From assembly GCA_965661285.1 (NCBI GenBank), contig CBFIDD010000001.1:530776-594775 (forward strand): DNA of 64,000 bases, written 5' to 3'. The number at the start of each line of letters is the position of its first letter. Position 1 is the first letter of the stretch. This DNA comes from Poseidonia sp. (lineage in GTDB: Archaea > Thermoplasmatota > Poseidoniia > Poseidoniales > Poseidoniaceae). Both the position numbers and the translations under genes were made by a program. The notes beneath the pieces were generated by a model that saw only the letters and a list, made by a program, of their open reading frames with translations, ran no database searches and was not told where the DNA came from. Shown here in pieces: positions 1-9,584 of the stretch.

Positions 1-849
1 CTCCGACTCAAACTGGACAACTCGCTTGTGGACGGCCCGGGCAAGGTGATTTTCTCAACGGCAGACCTTGACGGACTTGTCCGGTCTCAATCGCTTGAGT
101 TGATGTTCCAGCACGCCCCGACCATGCTCGAAAACCTCACGTTCTCTGAGGCCACTCCGGGCCTTGACCTCTACACCAACCTCACCGTGACTGATTTGGA
201 CGGATTGGACCGCGTGGTCTGTGCGTTCAACCTCTACGATGCCGGCGATGCCTTGCTGACGACATTTGTAACCCAGGCTGGCCCTGAGGGTGTCTTCACG
301 AACGCATTGTCGTACCGTTATCCATTGACGGCCGGCCTGGCCAACATGACGTTGGAAGCGAACATCACCTGCCTGGATAGTTTGCAGCAGTCGTTTTTCC
401 TCAACGCCACGGTTGAAATCGGTGAGGCCCCCCAGTGCATCGATTGCAGCGCAACGGAAAATACAACGTCGCTACCGACGACCGAAGGGAGCGCATCAGA
501 CCTCACCTTCGTGCTGCCCTTGGCTCTGCTCGCCTCCATTCTTGCCCTAACAGGTTGGTTTGTGAGGCGACGGGGAGGCGTGCATGAGGATGCGGTTTGG
601 AGCATGGGCGAAACCGAACCGATCGTCAACACCGAGATGTTGTTTGACAGCATGGAAACCGAAGGGCTGTTGGAAGCGACCGTTGAGGACGAACGTCCCG
701 ATATCGTACCCGAAGGTTGGTCCGTTGAGGATTTCAAGCGTTGGTTGGACGGCCCGGTTCCGGACGGTTGGTCGGAGGAACAGTGGGTTCAGTACGTCAA
801 GGCGTCAACCTCGGCCTTGGAAACGCACGCATCCAAAGCGGAAGGGTGA
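1..849 (+). CDS. C-terminal part of a membrane-anchored surface protein (5' end outside window)
   Basis: Frame is open from base 1. Contains a single TM helix (FVLPLALLASILALTGWFV-RRR) and an acidic tail with a duplicated P-[ED]-G-W-S motif. Confidence 0.75.
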   Translation, partial: LRLKLDNSLVDGPGKVIFSTADLDGLVRSQSLELMFQHAPTMLENLTFSEATPGLDLYTNLTVTDLDGLDRVVCAFNLYDAGDALLTTFVTQAGPEGVFTNALSYRYPLTAGLANMTLEANITCLDSLQQSFFLNATVEIGEAPQCIDCSATENTTSLPTTEGSASDLTFVLPLALLASILALTGWFVRRRGGVHEDAVWSMGETEPIVNTEMLFDSMETEGLLEATVEDERPDIVPEGWSVEDFKRWLDGPVPDGWSEEQWVQYVKASTSALETHASKAEG

Positions 850-882
850 TGTGCTAGCACCGCCTGTGGGCGACTGAGCAAG

Positions 883-1119
883 ATGGCGATTGGATACGTT
901 CTCATCAATGTGCAACCGGGTATGGAACAACGCGTGTACGAGGGGGTCAAAGCGCTCCCGCACGTAACCGATGCTACCGTGTTGTTTGGCGACCACGATC
1001 TCATTGTCAAGTTGGAAGCCGATGATTTGGCTACCATCGCAAAAGCCGTCGTGGAACATATTCGTTCTGTGGATGGCGTGGTCAACACCAAAACCCTCGC
1101 GGGCGCAGATCTCGATTAA
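883..1119 (+). CDS. Stand-alone Lrp/AsnC ligand-binding (RAM) domain protein
   Basis: 78 aa, pattern GYVLINV..G.E..V...FGDHDLIVKLEA..L......IRSVDGVVNTKTL, no HTH. Confidence 0.9.
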   Translation: MAIGYVLINVQPGMEQRVYEGVKALPHVTDATVLFGDHDLIVKLEADDLATIAKAVVEHIRSVDGVVNTKTLAGADLD

Positions 1120-1217
1120 GCCTGTCAAAACCGGGCCACTGAGTAGATATCCGTTCAAAATACGCTCTCGGAATGGGGTACTGAGCGGCATATGTGGCGC
1201 AGTAATGCCTTTTTTCG

Positions 1218-1234
1218 GGGAAATCATTATATGC
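1218..1234 (+). promoter_or_regulatory. Putative archaeal BRE/TATA promoter of the MC1 gene
   Basis: gggaaatcaTTATATG about 35-40 nt upstream of ATG 1268; GGAGGT SD at 1256-1261. Confidence 0.55.
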
Positions 1235-1267
1235 TCAACGGTACAAGGCGTACTCGGAGGTAATCCA

Positions 1268-1534
1268 ATGTCAGACGGAAAGAAATACTTCGTTCTCATG
1301 GAGAACGGAAAAGACACGAGCCAGGTATTTGCGAGCAAACAACCCCGCGGTGCAGCCTTGAAGGCCGCAACCCGCGGACATGAGACCATCCGCCTACGAG
1401 AACGTGGCACCAAGCGTGTCCACGTCTTCAAGGGCAGCATCACGATGGTCCCAAAGCCTGCTGGCGGACCTGACTGGCTGCCAGATATGATCAAGAAGGC
1501 CAACGTCAAGAAGCAAGGCATCGAGCACCTTTGA
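1268..1534 (+). CDS. Non-histone chromosomal protein MC1 family
   Basis: 88 aa with VF..KQPRGAALKAATRG...IRLRERGTKRVHVFKG...PDWLP; SD GGAGGT upstream. Confidence 0.93.
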   Translation: MSDGKKYFVLMENGKDTSQVFASKQPRGAALKAATRGHETIRLRERGTKRVHVFKGSITMVPKPAGGPDWLPDMIKKANVKKQGIEHL

Positions 1535-1745
1535 GTGCAGCCTGCTGCTGACCCTTCTTCCAGCTCTCTGAGTTGTACAACGGCCTCTCCCGTGCCAAGG
1601 CATGGAAAAGGCCCCACCCCTTTCTTCACCCACCTCGTTAACGATGAGTTCATAAACACGGCCACACACTTCCAACCGTCCTCCGGGACATGGGATGCAC
1701 ACCCGCTTCGGCGGGGGGCGGTGACGCCGAATGAACAGACGAGAG

Positions 1746-2816
1746 ATGCGAACGCCACAACCAAAGGCGCGTAAGCCAAGTCAAATGCGGCTGGCTGAAG
1801 AGAAACTCTCACTTCCTGCACGACTCACCCATCTTCGCCATCTTCCTTGGTTGTCATGCTATCAACGTCAACTCCAAACCGAAAACAAATCGGAAAACAC
1901 ACAAAAATCCTACTTTTACGGCCTGCGCCCGCTGATCGAGACCGTGCTGCCAGGCGAAGATGTGTTGAGTGAAGAGGCCTACAAACAACTGTCCATCGAA
2001 GCCCTCGCCGAACGCATGGAGCCGATGAAGGGACGATTGGACCTCTGGGCGCACAGCATCGCTGGCCTTCGGCCGACGACCTACAATGCTCGTCTGGCTG
2101 CGGCGCGACACCTCATCAAGTGGCTTGGTTTGCTCTGGCCCGACCATTTACAGCGCGCTCGTACTGGAAAACGACTCCCTCGCACCCTAACCCGAAGAGA
2201 ATTGACGACCGTGCTGGAGACCGCCGACGTGAGCGAGAATCCGGCTGCTTCCCTCGTGGTCACCATGATGCTTGACACCGGTTTGCGGGTGAGCGAAGTG
2301 TGCGAGTTGAACATCGAAGACATTGATTTTGACGATGGTTCTGCGCGCGTTCTTGGCGGCAAAGGTGACAAAGACCGTTTGGTCTTGTTTACCGCACGAA
2401 CCTTGGCTCGCTTGCAAGCATGGATGCCGATACGCACACGATTGGCGCCAGCGGAGGAACAAGCCTGTTTTGTCAATCGTCACGGTCGACGGTTGCAACC
2501 CCGAGGGGTGCAACGCATGATGGATGCACTCGGCCAAGAAGCGGGTTTGCCCAAAGGAAAACTCACACCGCACGTGCTGCGCCACAATTTCGCCACCGGC
2601 TTGTTGGAGCGAGGGGCCGACTTGGTCACGATTCAACGGCTGATGGGGCACGCCACCATTGCCACCACTCGCGTCTATCTCGAAATCTCTGACCAAACCC
2701 TCCGTGAGGTCTACCATCGGGCGCAATCCATGCGTGAAGACATGGACGATTCGCCCATTGAAACCATCCCCGTCGAAGAGACCACCCCGTCAACGAGCAC
2801 CCACGGCGTGGTGTGA
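1746..2816 (+). CDS. xerA: Tyrosine recombinase XerA/XerC-like
   Basis: Complete catalytic set: TGLRVSE (R), GKGDKDR (K), PHVLRHNFAT (HxxR), MGH, TTRVY (Y). Start uncertain (1746 or 1785). Confidence 0.88.
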   Translation: MRTPQPKARKPSQMRLAEEKLSLPARLTHLRHLPWLSCYQRQLQTENKSENTQKSYFYGLRPLIETVLPGEDVLSEEAYKQLSIEALAERMEPMKGRLDLWAHSIAGLRPTTYNARLAAARHLIKWLGLLWPDHLQRARTGKRLPRTLTRRELTTVLETADVSENPAASLVVTMMLDTGLRVSEVCELNIEDIDFDDGSARVLGGKGDKDRLVLFTARTLARLQAWMPIRTRLAPAEEQACFVNRHGRRLQPRGVQRMMDALGQEAGLPKGKLTPHVLRHNFATGLLERGADLVTIQRLMGHATIATTRVYLEISDQTLREVYHRAQSMREDMDDSPIETIPVEETTPSTSTHGVV

Positions 2817-2999
2817 TCAGGTGTTGGATTTCTTTCGTTTTGACACCTGTTCTGGCCCCGTCCACGCCCGATGGGGATGGACCTTGTTACCTTGATGGTC
2901 CTCAATGGGGCAGTGCTTGCCGGAGCGGCAACGGGAACAGTTTCCTTTCGGTGGTCTTTCGACCGTTTTGCGAAGGCGTCCATATTTCCGCCTTGGCAT
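2817..2999 (-). CDS. Small basic protein with a putative C-x2-C-x5-C-x4-H zinc-binding motif
   Basis: 60 aa, ATG start, K/R-rich, CSRCRSGKHCPIEDH. Fills the intergenic gap and its stop abuts the xerA stop. Confidence 0.55.
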   Translation of the reverse strand: MPRRKYGRLRKTVERPPKGNCSRCRSGKHCPIEDHQGNKVHPHRAWTGPEQVSKRKKSNT

Positions 3000-3041
3000 G
3001 AACCGTGTTTGAAACGACGGTCTTCAAAGATAGCGCTGGTT

Positions 3042-3545
3042 TCATCCTTTTTTGAACCAAGGCATGTCCTTGACGGACTTGGGGACCTTGATGGTGGTGC
3101 CTTTTCGGTCTTTGTCCTTGGACGTTTTGAGACTGGTGCCTGCCGACTTGGTTTTCTCGACGATTTTTTCTGCCACCTTCTGACCCTTTACGACGGCCTT
3201 TTTCGTGGCTTCTTTGGATGCTTTGCTGGCTTTCGCCGAGGCTTTGGATGCCTTCTCGCTCGCCTTTTTCGAAGCGGCTTTGGCTTTTGAGGTGGCTTTT
3301 TTGGCTGATTCTGAGGCATTCTTTGTTGCCTTTTTTGCGGTGGTTTTCGTGGCACTTGCCGCCTTGGCAGCTGCGTGAACTTTCTTGGCAACAGCGAGCG
3401 ATAAGCCGGCCTTTTTCAGGTCGCCGACGCTGGCTTTCGCAATGGTTGCCACGGTCGCTAATTTTGCCGCTTGCAATTTCTTTGCCGTAGCCGCACCGAC
3501 TCCGGGAAGCGATGTGAGGCCCGAATCCTTCTGTTTACCTGCCAT
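3042..3545 (-). CDS. Helix-hairpin-helix protein with a Lys/Ala-rich histone-H1-like tail
   Basis: LTSLPGVGAATAKKL (HhH) followed by about 80 aa of K/A/S repeats (AKKATSKAKAASKKASEKASK). Confidence 0.85.
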   Translation of the reverse strand: MAGKQKDSGLTSLPGVGAATAKKLQAAKLATVATIAKASVGDLKKAGLSLAVAKKVHAAAKAASATKTTAKKATKNASESAKKATSKAKAASKKASEKASKASAKASKASKEATKKAVVKGQKVAEKIVEKTKSAGTSLKTSKDKDRKGTTIKVPKSVKDMPWFKKG

Positions 3546-3652
3546 GGTTTCACCGGTTGGAGAATAAAAGTGACCTAACTTGAACCTTCCCTTATCAGAA
3601 CGATGGTGCCTCTGGCGGTTGTTTCTTGTGCGACGATGCCATAGGGTTCACG

Positions 3653-4540
3653 ATGGAGGACCTTCTTGACGCTGCCGTTTCGGTGCTGGTCGCCCAGGTG
3701 CGTCAAGCCGACGCTTCGCACAAGATTGACACGGCCCATCAACTGCTTCGTGGACGCCACTTCAACGGGCCCAGCAAGGTGGTCTACCTCGGCGATGTCG
3801 CCAAAGCCCTTCTCGCACAATTGGACCACCCCGAGACGCCGGTGTTTACCGAAGCGCCTGGATACAACGAGCAGCGGTGGGTGCTACGAACGACGAGCGG
3901 GGACCTCAGCGTGAGCATCGCTTCTCGCCCTTATTGGGGATGGGGGTTGCTCACCACGGGGTATCTCAACATGATTCGATTGGAGGGGCCTGTTTCAGCG
4001 CGTGCACGGCTGGTGCTTGACGTCGTCAGTTCGCTGGGTCAATCGCCATGGGAGATGGCATACCAGCGTTCGGCGCAGCGGTGGCTCAACCGGCACCAAA
4101 AAGGAAGGCCATTGAAAGAGAACGAGCGGCAATGGCGGGCTCTCTTTCGGCGAGGACGAGACGACTTAAACGAGTTGATTGAAGCGATGAAGTTGAGGTG
4201 CACGGATGTCCTTGAACGGCACGGGGAAGACATCGACCATGCAACGTGGCAGGGGCTCATCGACGAAGACCTGCACATGGCTCAACGCGCCCTTGGCGAA
4301 GACAACGCTCCCGGTGTTGAGCGGGCCTTGGCCAGACTCGAGGCAAGTCTCATTCAGTTGAACAATGCGGCAGACGATGATGTGGCCACGGCCCCGAAAA
4401 CCGTGGTCTCCGATGGCTCAGACGTGATGCAGCCAGCCGTTGACGAGGAAGCCCCATCGTTTATCATCAACGCGGCAAACGAGGCGGACGACATTCCCTT
4501 TGTTGACATGGTCAGCATGACGGGCGCTGAAGAAGAATGA
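3653..4540 (+). CDS. Hypothetical protein
   Basis: Long ORF filling the gap, helical C-terminal half, acidic tail. Confidence 0.75.
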   Translation: MEDLLDAAVSVLVAQVRQADASHKIDTAHQLLRGRHFNGPSKVVYLGDVAKALLAQLDHPETPVFTEAPGYNEQRWVLRTTSGDLSVSIASRPYWGWGLLTTGYLNMIRLEGPVSARARLVLDVVSSLGQSPWEMAYQRSAQRWLNRHQKGRPLKENERQWRALFRRGRDDLNELIEAMKLRCTDVLERHGEDIDHATWQGLIDEDLHMAQRALGEDNAPGVERALARLEASLIQLNNAADDDVATAPKTVVSDGSDVMQPAVDEEAPSFIINAANEADDIPFVDMVSMTGAEEE

Positions 4541-4590
4541 ACCGCGCGTCGCGTTCATAAGGGGGAGGGCGCTGGCCAAGACCGGTCCAC

Positions 4591-4782
4591 ATGGCAACGA
4601 AGAAGAAAAACGACGGCAGCGGCATTCAGCAAGCTGCAGGTTTGATTCGCTATTTCGATGAGGAATCCGAGGAATCTTGGAAGATCACGCCTGCGCAAGT
4701 CTACCTTGCCTGCATCCTTTTGGGTGGTTTCTTTTACCTCGTGAACCAAGGTGTGGTTCAAGCGATTTGGAACCTCTTCTGA
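4591..4782 (+). CDS. secG: Preprotein translocase subunit Sec61beta
   Basis: AAGLIRYFDEE...KITP followed by a C-terminal TM helix; TATA-like ttcataag about 30 nt upstream. Confidence 0.9.
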   Translation: MATKKKNDGSGIQQAAGLIRYFDEESEESWKITPAQVYLACILLGGFFYLVNQGVVQAIWNLF

Positions 4783-4784
4783 AC

Positions 4785-5141
4785 TCAGAGCGCCTGAATC
4801 AACACCACTCGCTGGTCGTTTTCAGCCATGCAGCGAGCCACTTCCAACGCCGTTGAGAAATCCTCGGTGACGCCCAGCACTTCTTCCCCCTCGCTTGTTT
4901 GAAGCACCAAGCGATGGGTCAATTCGTGAAGCGTTGAGGCTTCGATACGCTCAAAAATCCAATGTTCATTCTCAATTCGAACCAAGGCAGGGACTTCGGT
5001 CATGGGGCCCATTTGTTGACCCACACGTTCGGCCCGCGAGGTCAGTGATGCCAAGTCTCGCACCGGGCGCCACAAGCGTTGTCGCAACGGCATTCTCAAT
5101 TTTCGATGTGGTTCAACGCCTGCGCGGAAAGCTCGTGCCAT
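4785..5141 (-). CDS. Hypothetical protein
   Basis: 118 aa ATG-started ORF converging on Sec61beta. Confidence 0.65.
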   Translation of the reverse strand: MARAFRAGVEPHRKLRMPLRQRLWRPVRDLASLTSRAERVGQQMGPMTEVPALVRIENEHWIFERIEASTLHELTHRLVLQTSEGEEVLGVTEDFSTALEVARCMAENDQRVVLIQAL

Positions 5142-5230
5142 AAGGGTCCCATCCCTGAAATCCGAAGATTTCAGTTGCCGCTCCTTCGATTCACACTTAA
5201 AGGACGCGACGCCAAGGCGGCCTCATCGGC

Positions 5231-6577
5231 CTATTTTTGTGCCACGGTGAGGTTTTGACGGCGCAACCACACGGCTCCAAAACCGCTCACCGACGCAACG
5301 GCGAGAAGCGCGAATTGCAACATATGGCGTGGATTGTTGGACGTGAGAAGAAGAGAAAAGCACACCAACCAAGCCACCATTCCAAGGAGCAGGAACCGTC
5401 GTTCACGCAGGGTAGTCCGGTCCTGCAAGTCGATGGAAACAAGGATGACACTCCCCCCCGCCAACAGAACTGCGGGATAGAGGAGCCATGCAGCATCCGA
5501 CATCAAGACCCCAAGGGGGGGACCCAGTAACAATGTGGCCCGAAACCACCAGGCTTCTGGATGGTGGGCTGCATCAAAACCAACGGTGGGAAGCAGCATG
5601 GAAAGCGCACCAAAGAACAGCAACAGGGCCACGCCCTTCCAACCTGCAATGAACGCTTCCGATCCTTCTCCGTAGACGTGAAGGGCGTCGGCCGTCATCC
5701 CAGCGACGATCAGCAACACCATCGCAACGAAAGAGAAACACCAACCCAAGTTCACCGCTTGAGACGACCCCTGTGTTTTGAGGCTCTCTGCCACCGTGGA
5801 GAAGGCGTGCGGGAGGGCGACCCATGTGCCGTAGGTTGCGATCATGAGGCCAACGGCGAGCCGCTCATCGCGCAACGGACGGTCCCACCAGATCGAGGTG
5901 AACACCTCCGTTTGAAACAAGCACGCCCAAGCCACAACGCCTGCAACCAGCATCTTGAAAATGGCCCGTTGAAACAAGAGCGATGTCTCGCCACTCGTTG
6001 CCAAGTGAGCCGTTGCGGTGAGAATCTCACCCGACATCATCAAGAGAAGCGTGAAGAGGACGACGAGGAAAAAGGCCGACAAGTTCGCAATGTCTACGGT
6101 TGGTCGTTGAGGAAGGGTCTCAGGCGAGGCATACATGTCCTGCTGAAACAACAACATGAGCAGCATGACGGCCCAAACACCGGCGTGTGTCATCATCCGA
6201 GAGCGCACAAAGTCCGAGGTCTCAGGCGAACAGCCGCGCAGACTCGGAAGATTGGGTGCGAACAGCGCAAACCCAAGGAAAGCGAACAACGCCCCTTCCA
6301 ATGCACCTTGACCGGTGAACAACAGACGTATTTTCTCTGAAATGGAGGCGCCTTGGTCAAGCGTGAGCGCCACCTCGGGGTTGAGCGACGAGAGGCTGAG
6401 GATGTCAAACGCCCTCGAAACCACCAACCCTGCGACCATGAGCGGTGGCGTCCATCGGTAGAGCCGTAGAACGAAGCGGCGCTCTCGGAGGGCGCCTTCG
6501 AGGGAGAATGCAAACGCCCAGGCAAGACACGACAAGAAGAGAACTGGCAGATACCACGACACCGAGGAGGCCAGCAT
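5231..6577 (-). CDS. Multi-pass membrane protein of unknown function
   Basis: A dozen or more hydrophobic segments; ATG at 6577 preferred as start. Confidence 0.8.
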   Translation of the reverse strand: MLASSVSWYLPVLFLSCLAWAFAFSLEGALRERRFVLRLYRWTPPLMVAGLVVSRAFDILSLSSLNPEVALTLDQGASISEKIRLLFTGQGALEGALFAFLGFALFAPNLPSLRGCSPETSDFVRSRMMTHAGVWAVMLLMLLFQQDMYASPETLPQRPTVDIANLSAFFLVVLFTLLLMMSGEILTATAHLATSGETSLLFQRAIFKMLVAGVVAWACLFQTEVFTSIWWDRPLRDERLAVGLMIATYGTWVALPHAFSTVAESLKTQGSSQAVNLGWCFSFVAMVLLIVAGMTADALHVYGEGSEAFIAGWKGVALLLFFGALSMLLPTVGFDAAHHPEAWWFRATLLLGPPLGVLMSDAAWLLYPAVLLAGGSVILVSIDLQDRTTLRERRFLLLGMVAWLVCFSLLLTSNNPRHMLQFALLAVASVSGFGAVWLRRQNLTVAQK

Positions 6578-6648
6578 GGAGGGTATCACAGCGAGCCACC
6601 TTTTGATGATGGCGGAAGACCCAAAGACAAGACGCACGAGCACACAGC

Positions 6649-8409
6649 GTGCGAGGCCCGACCGACGCCGAAGAGGAACGGCGCGCCTACGCCGAACAAT
6701 CGTCGCTGACGGCGTTGGTTCGACACCTTGGCCGAGACGTGGAAGCGTGGCTCGAAAAAGCCCTCGAACCGCTCCCCGAGACCTTTCGAATTTCCCTCCA
6801 CCGAAACGATCGCCAGTGGACCGTCGCCCAAGTCAAGACCCTCGGTGCGGAGCCGATTCCTTGGATGCCTGATGAAACCGCGTTTACGATGCCGTTTGCA
6901 CGTGGTAGAGCACCCGAGGGGTTGGCCAAACGACTGATGGCGTTGTTGCACGAAACCGGCCGCATCACTCGTCAAGAGGCTGCGAGCATGCTCCCCGTTC
7001 GTTTGTTGAAGCATGAACAGGGCATGTTGGCGCTGGACATGTGCGCCGCTCCGGGGTCAAAGACCACACAACTCGGTGAAGTACTCCATCCCAACGGCGT
7101 GGTGGTGGCCAACGAACCGGTTTCGGGACGGCTCAACATGTTGGTGAGCAACCGAAGCCGTTTGGGCCTGACCAACATTGTGGTCACCCAACACGACGGT
7201 CGCCATTTCGCCCGACTCCCCCCTCCTGGTTTTGATGCCGTCATCGCAGATGTCCCCTGTACCGGAACAGCCACGACCCGAAAAAACCGAGATGTGTGGT
7301 GGGATTGGACCCCAAAGGAAAGCCGAAGGATGTTCAAGATGCAAGTTGACATCACGATGAGGGGGGCCTCCCTCTTGGTACCGGGCGGGCACATGGTGTA
7401 CTCCACCTGCAGCATTGACCCGGTGGAAAACGAAGCCGTGGTCGCCGAAATCTTGCGCCGTTGCCCTCACCTTGAACTCGTTCCAATGAGCCTTGAGGGC
7501 GTAACGCTCCACCCTGGTTTGACCCAGTGGCCACTTCTGGATGAAGAAGGAGCGCGCGTTGACGCAAAGGGGGCTGAGCAATTACCGTTTTTTGATGCCG
7601 CCCACCTCGCTCCCTCAACGCGCATTGAGCAAGGTGTGGGCGAGGAAGGCATCGAAAACGTCATCCTTGAACAACTCCCAAGATGTATGAGATTGTGGCA
7701 CGACGACAACGACACGGGTGGATTTTTTGTCGCCCAATTTCGACACAAAACCGAGTCATCTCCCGAAGGCGTGGCACAAGCCTTCCGATCGAGGCGAGCG
7801 ACCCGGAGGGCCGAAGGCTGGACACCTACCGTAAAAACGCCCCCAAAAGCCACGGCGAATTCGGTGGTCGTCGCCGATGATGAGGTGGTGGGCCATCTGG
7901 AACAACTGTACGGTATGGCATTGAACGACTATTCACTTTGGCAGCGAGGGAAGCGGTTCAACCTCGCTCCGCCGCTGGTCTACGAACGCCTCTACAAACC
8001 CCCTTCGCCGACCAACAAAGGCGACGTTTGGGGCGGTGATTCCTTCCACCCCATGCGCGTGGTTCACGCGGGGCTTCCAGCCTTTACGTTGAAGAAGAAT
8101 TCATGGCGCAGTCGACAAGAAGCCCTGTATGCCTTTGGCGAAGGGTTTGAACGCAACGTTTTGGTCGTTGAGCCTTCGCAGTTCATTCGCATTTTGCGCG
8201 GTTGGGCGCCGCTGCTTGAGGAATTTTACGACGAGGTTGAGACCGAAGCGTTGCCGAAGGGGGCCTTCCTTCTCCGAAGCGATTTACCGTGGGGGCAAGA
8301 GACCATTTCGGTATGGATTGGGGCGCGTATCACGTTGATGATTGATACCAACGAGCAGAATATTTTGCGCCACAAATTGGATTTGCCATGGCGTGATGAG
8401 GAGGAGTGA
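6649..8409 (+). CDS. RsmB/NOP2/NSUN-family RNA m5C methyltransferase
   Basis: QEAASMLP, DMCAAPGSKT, DVPCTG, YSTCS and ENEAVV motifs. Confidence 0.93.
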   Translation: MRGPTDAEEERRAYAEQSSLTALVRHLGRDVEAWLEKALEPLPETFRISLHRNDRQWTVAQVKTLGAEPIPWMPDETAFTMPFARGRAPEGLAKRLMALLHETGRITRQEAASMLPVRLLKHEQGMLALDMCAAPGSKTTQLGEVLHPNGVVVANEPVSGRLNMLVSNRSRLGLTNIVVTQHDGRHFARLPPPGFDAVIADVPCTGTATTRKNRDVWWDWTPKESRRMFKMQVDITMRGASLLVPGGHMVYSTCSIDPVENEAVVAEILRRCPHLELVPMSLEGVTLHPGLTQWPLLDEEGARVDAKGAEQLPFFDAAHLAPSTRIEQGVGEEGIENVILEQLPRCMRLWHDDNDTGGFFVAQFRHKTESSPEGVAQAFRSRRATRRAEGWTPTVKTPPKATANSVVVADDEVVGHLEQLYGMALNDYSLWQRGKRFNLAPPLVYERLYKPPSPTNKGDVWGGDSFHPMRVVHAGLPAFTLKKNSWRSRQEALYAFGEGFERNVLVVEPSQFIRILRGWAPLLEEFYDEVETEALPKGAFLLRSDLPWGQETISVWIGARITLMIDTNEQNILRHKLDLPWRDEEE

Positions 8410-8410
8410 C

Positions 8411-9553
8411 ATGCGACATCTCGTGCTCTGCATCATCGTTGGGTTGCTGCTCGTTCCGTCCCTCTCGGCCGAAGAAGAGGCGTGGGCCATTCACGCCGAA
8501 GACGAAATTTCAACCCGCTTATCGGGTGGACTTTCCGAGGTGTATCTGCCTTCGGGGCTTGGAGGCGAGGCAACCGTGCCCGATGGCTATGTTCAGTGGA
8601 ATTGGTGGTCATGGAGCGACGAAGTCGGGTCGGATTGGCCGGACGACGATGCGATTTACAGGGCTTCGAATCGCAACATCTCACTCAATCAATCCGACAC
8701 GGAAGCTGCGGTTGAGAACCATGCCCTGGCCGGCGACGACATGGTGGAATTGGCCGGTAATGTGAAAGTGGTTTCCGCAGAAGACCGTGTACGAATGGTG
8801 GCGTTTGACCTCTCGCTCACGCCACTTCAAAACCTCAGTAACCACACCATCCTCTATGTGGTGCTGACCGAAAACATCGCCGAGGACCAGCACCGACGTC
8901 AAACCGAACATCTCGTTCGAGAAATGCGACCCGAAGTGGCCTTTTCTGTCAAAGCCAACACCACGACCGATGTCGTGTCCATGCTGCCAGCCGACCATCT
9001 TGCGGCTGCGGGCGTTGACCTCGCCGAGGAGCCGACCGGTTGGTCCTACTCCGTGGCTGTGTTTGGAAGCGAGGTGGAGGAAAACGGGACGGCGCGATTG
9101 TTGGCCTTGGCCCACGGTGATTTGCCGGCGCCTTCACGACACACGGGGATGGGGGAGGCGTGGACACCGTTGTTGCTCACAGCCATCACCGCCGTTGTTG
9201 CGGTGTTCATTGTCCTCGCTGTGCGTCAGCGTGAACAAGCAATTCCAAAACTCCAAGCCACATGGCACAGCGGACAATCGACCACGACCGTCATCAACAT
9301 CCAAGCAGGCCACCACAACTTCCGTATCACAAACTGGCACGTGACGCCGCCTTGGCGTTTCCGAGGTCGGCCACCCAAGTTGAATCTTGATGCTGGCGAA
9401 TCAAAAACCGTCGTGGTCGATTTCCGAGAACCGCATACGGAGGACTGCCATCTCGAAGTGGCCATTGACATCGAGGAATACGGTGCGTGGCGACAACATC
9501 TTTGGTTGAAGGCGAGAGAAGGCCAGGGCTCGTTCCATTCCCAAGAAGAGTAA
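8411..9553 (+). CDS. Signal-peptide-bearing single-pass membrane protein, hypothetical
   Basis: SD GAGGAG, N-terminal signal peptide, Ig-like LYVVLTEN segment, TM helix near aa 250. Confidence 0.8.
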   Translation: MRHLVLCIIVGLLLVPSLSAEEEAWAIHAEDEISTRLSGGLSEVYLPSGLGGEATVPDGYVQWNWWSWSDEVGSDWPDDDAIYRASNRNISLNQSDTEAAVENHALAGDDMVELAGNVKVVSAEDRVRMVAFDLSLTPLQNLSNHTILYVVLTENIAEDQHRRQTEHLVREMRPEVAFSVKANTTTDVVSMLPADHLAAAGVDLAEEPTGWSYSVAVFGSEVEENGTARLLALAHGDLPAPSRHTGMGEAWTPLLLTAITAVVAVFIVLAVRQREQAIPKLQATWHSGQSTTTVINIQAGHHNFRITNWHVTPPWRFRGRPPKLNLDAGESKTVVVDFREPHTEDCHLEVAIDIEEYGAWRQHLWLKAREGQGSFHSQEE

Positions 9554-9584
9554 GGGTTGTAGAGCACCACACACTGGCGAGGCT

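Noticed and set aside
1633-1650. Palindrome ctCGTTAACGatgag upstream of xerA as a dif site
   Set aside because: It lacks the 11-6-11 arm-spacer layout and is too short to distinguish from chance.
805-1821. Long antisense or alternative-frame ORFs (e.g. 805-1821, 29560-30615, 43257-44210, 49197-50045, 58081-58689)
   Set aside because: Shadow ORFs opposite well-supported genes, expected in GC-rich DNA, with no recognisable motifs.
2818-2849. CAGGTGT...ACACCTG hairpin after xerA as a terminator
   Set aside because: Only a 7-bp stem with a long loop, and it lies inside a probable minus-strand CDS.
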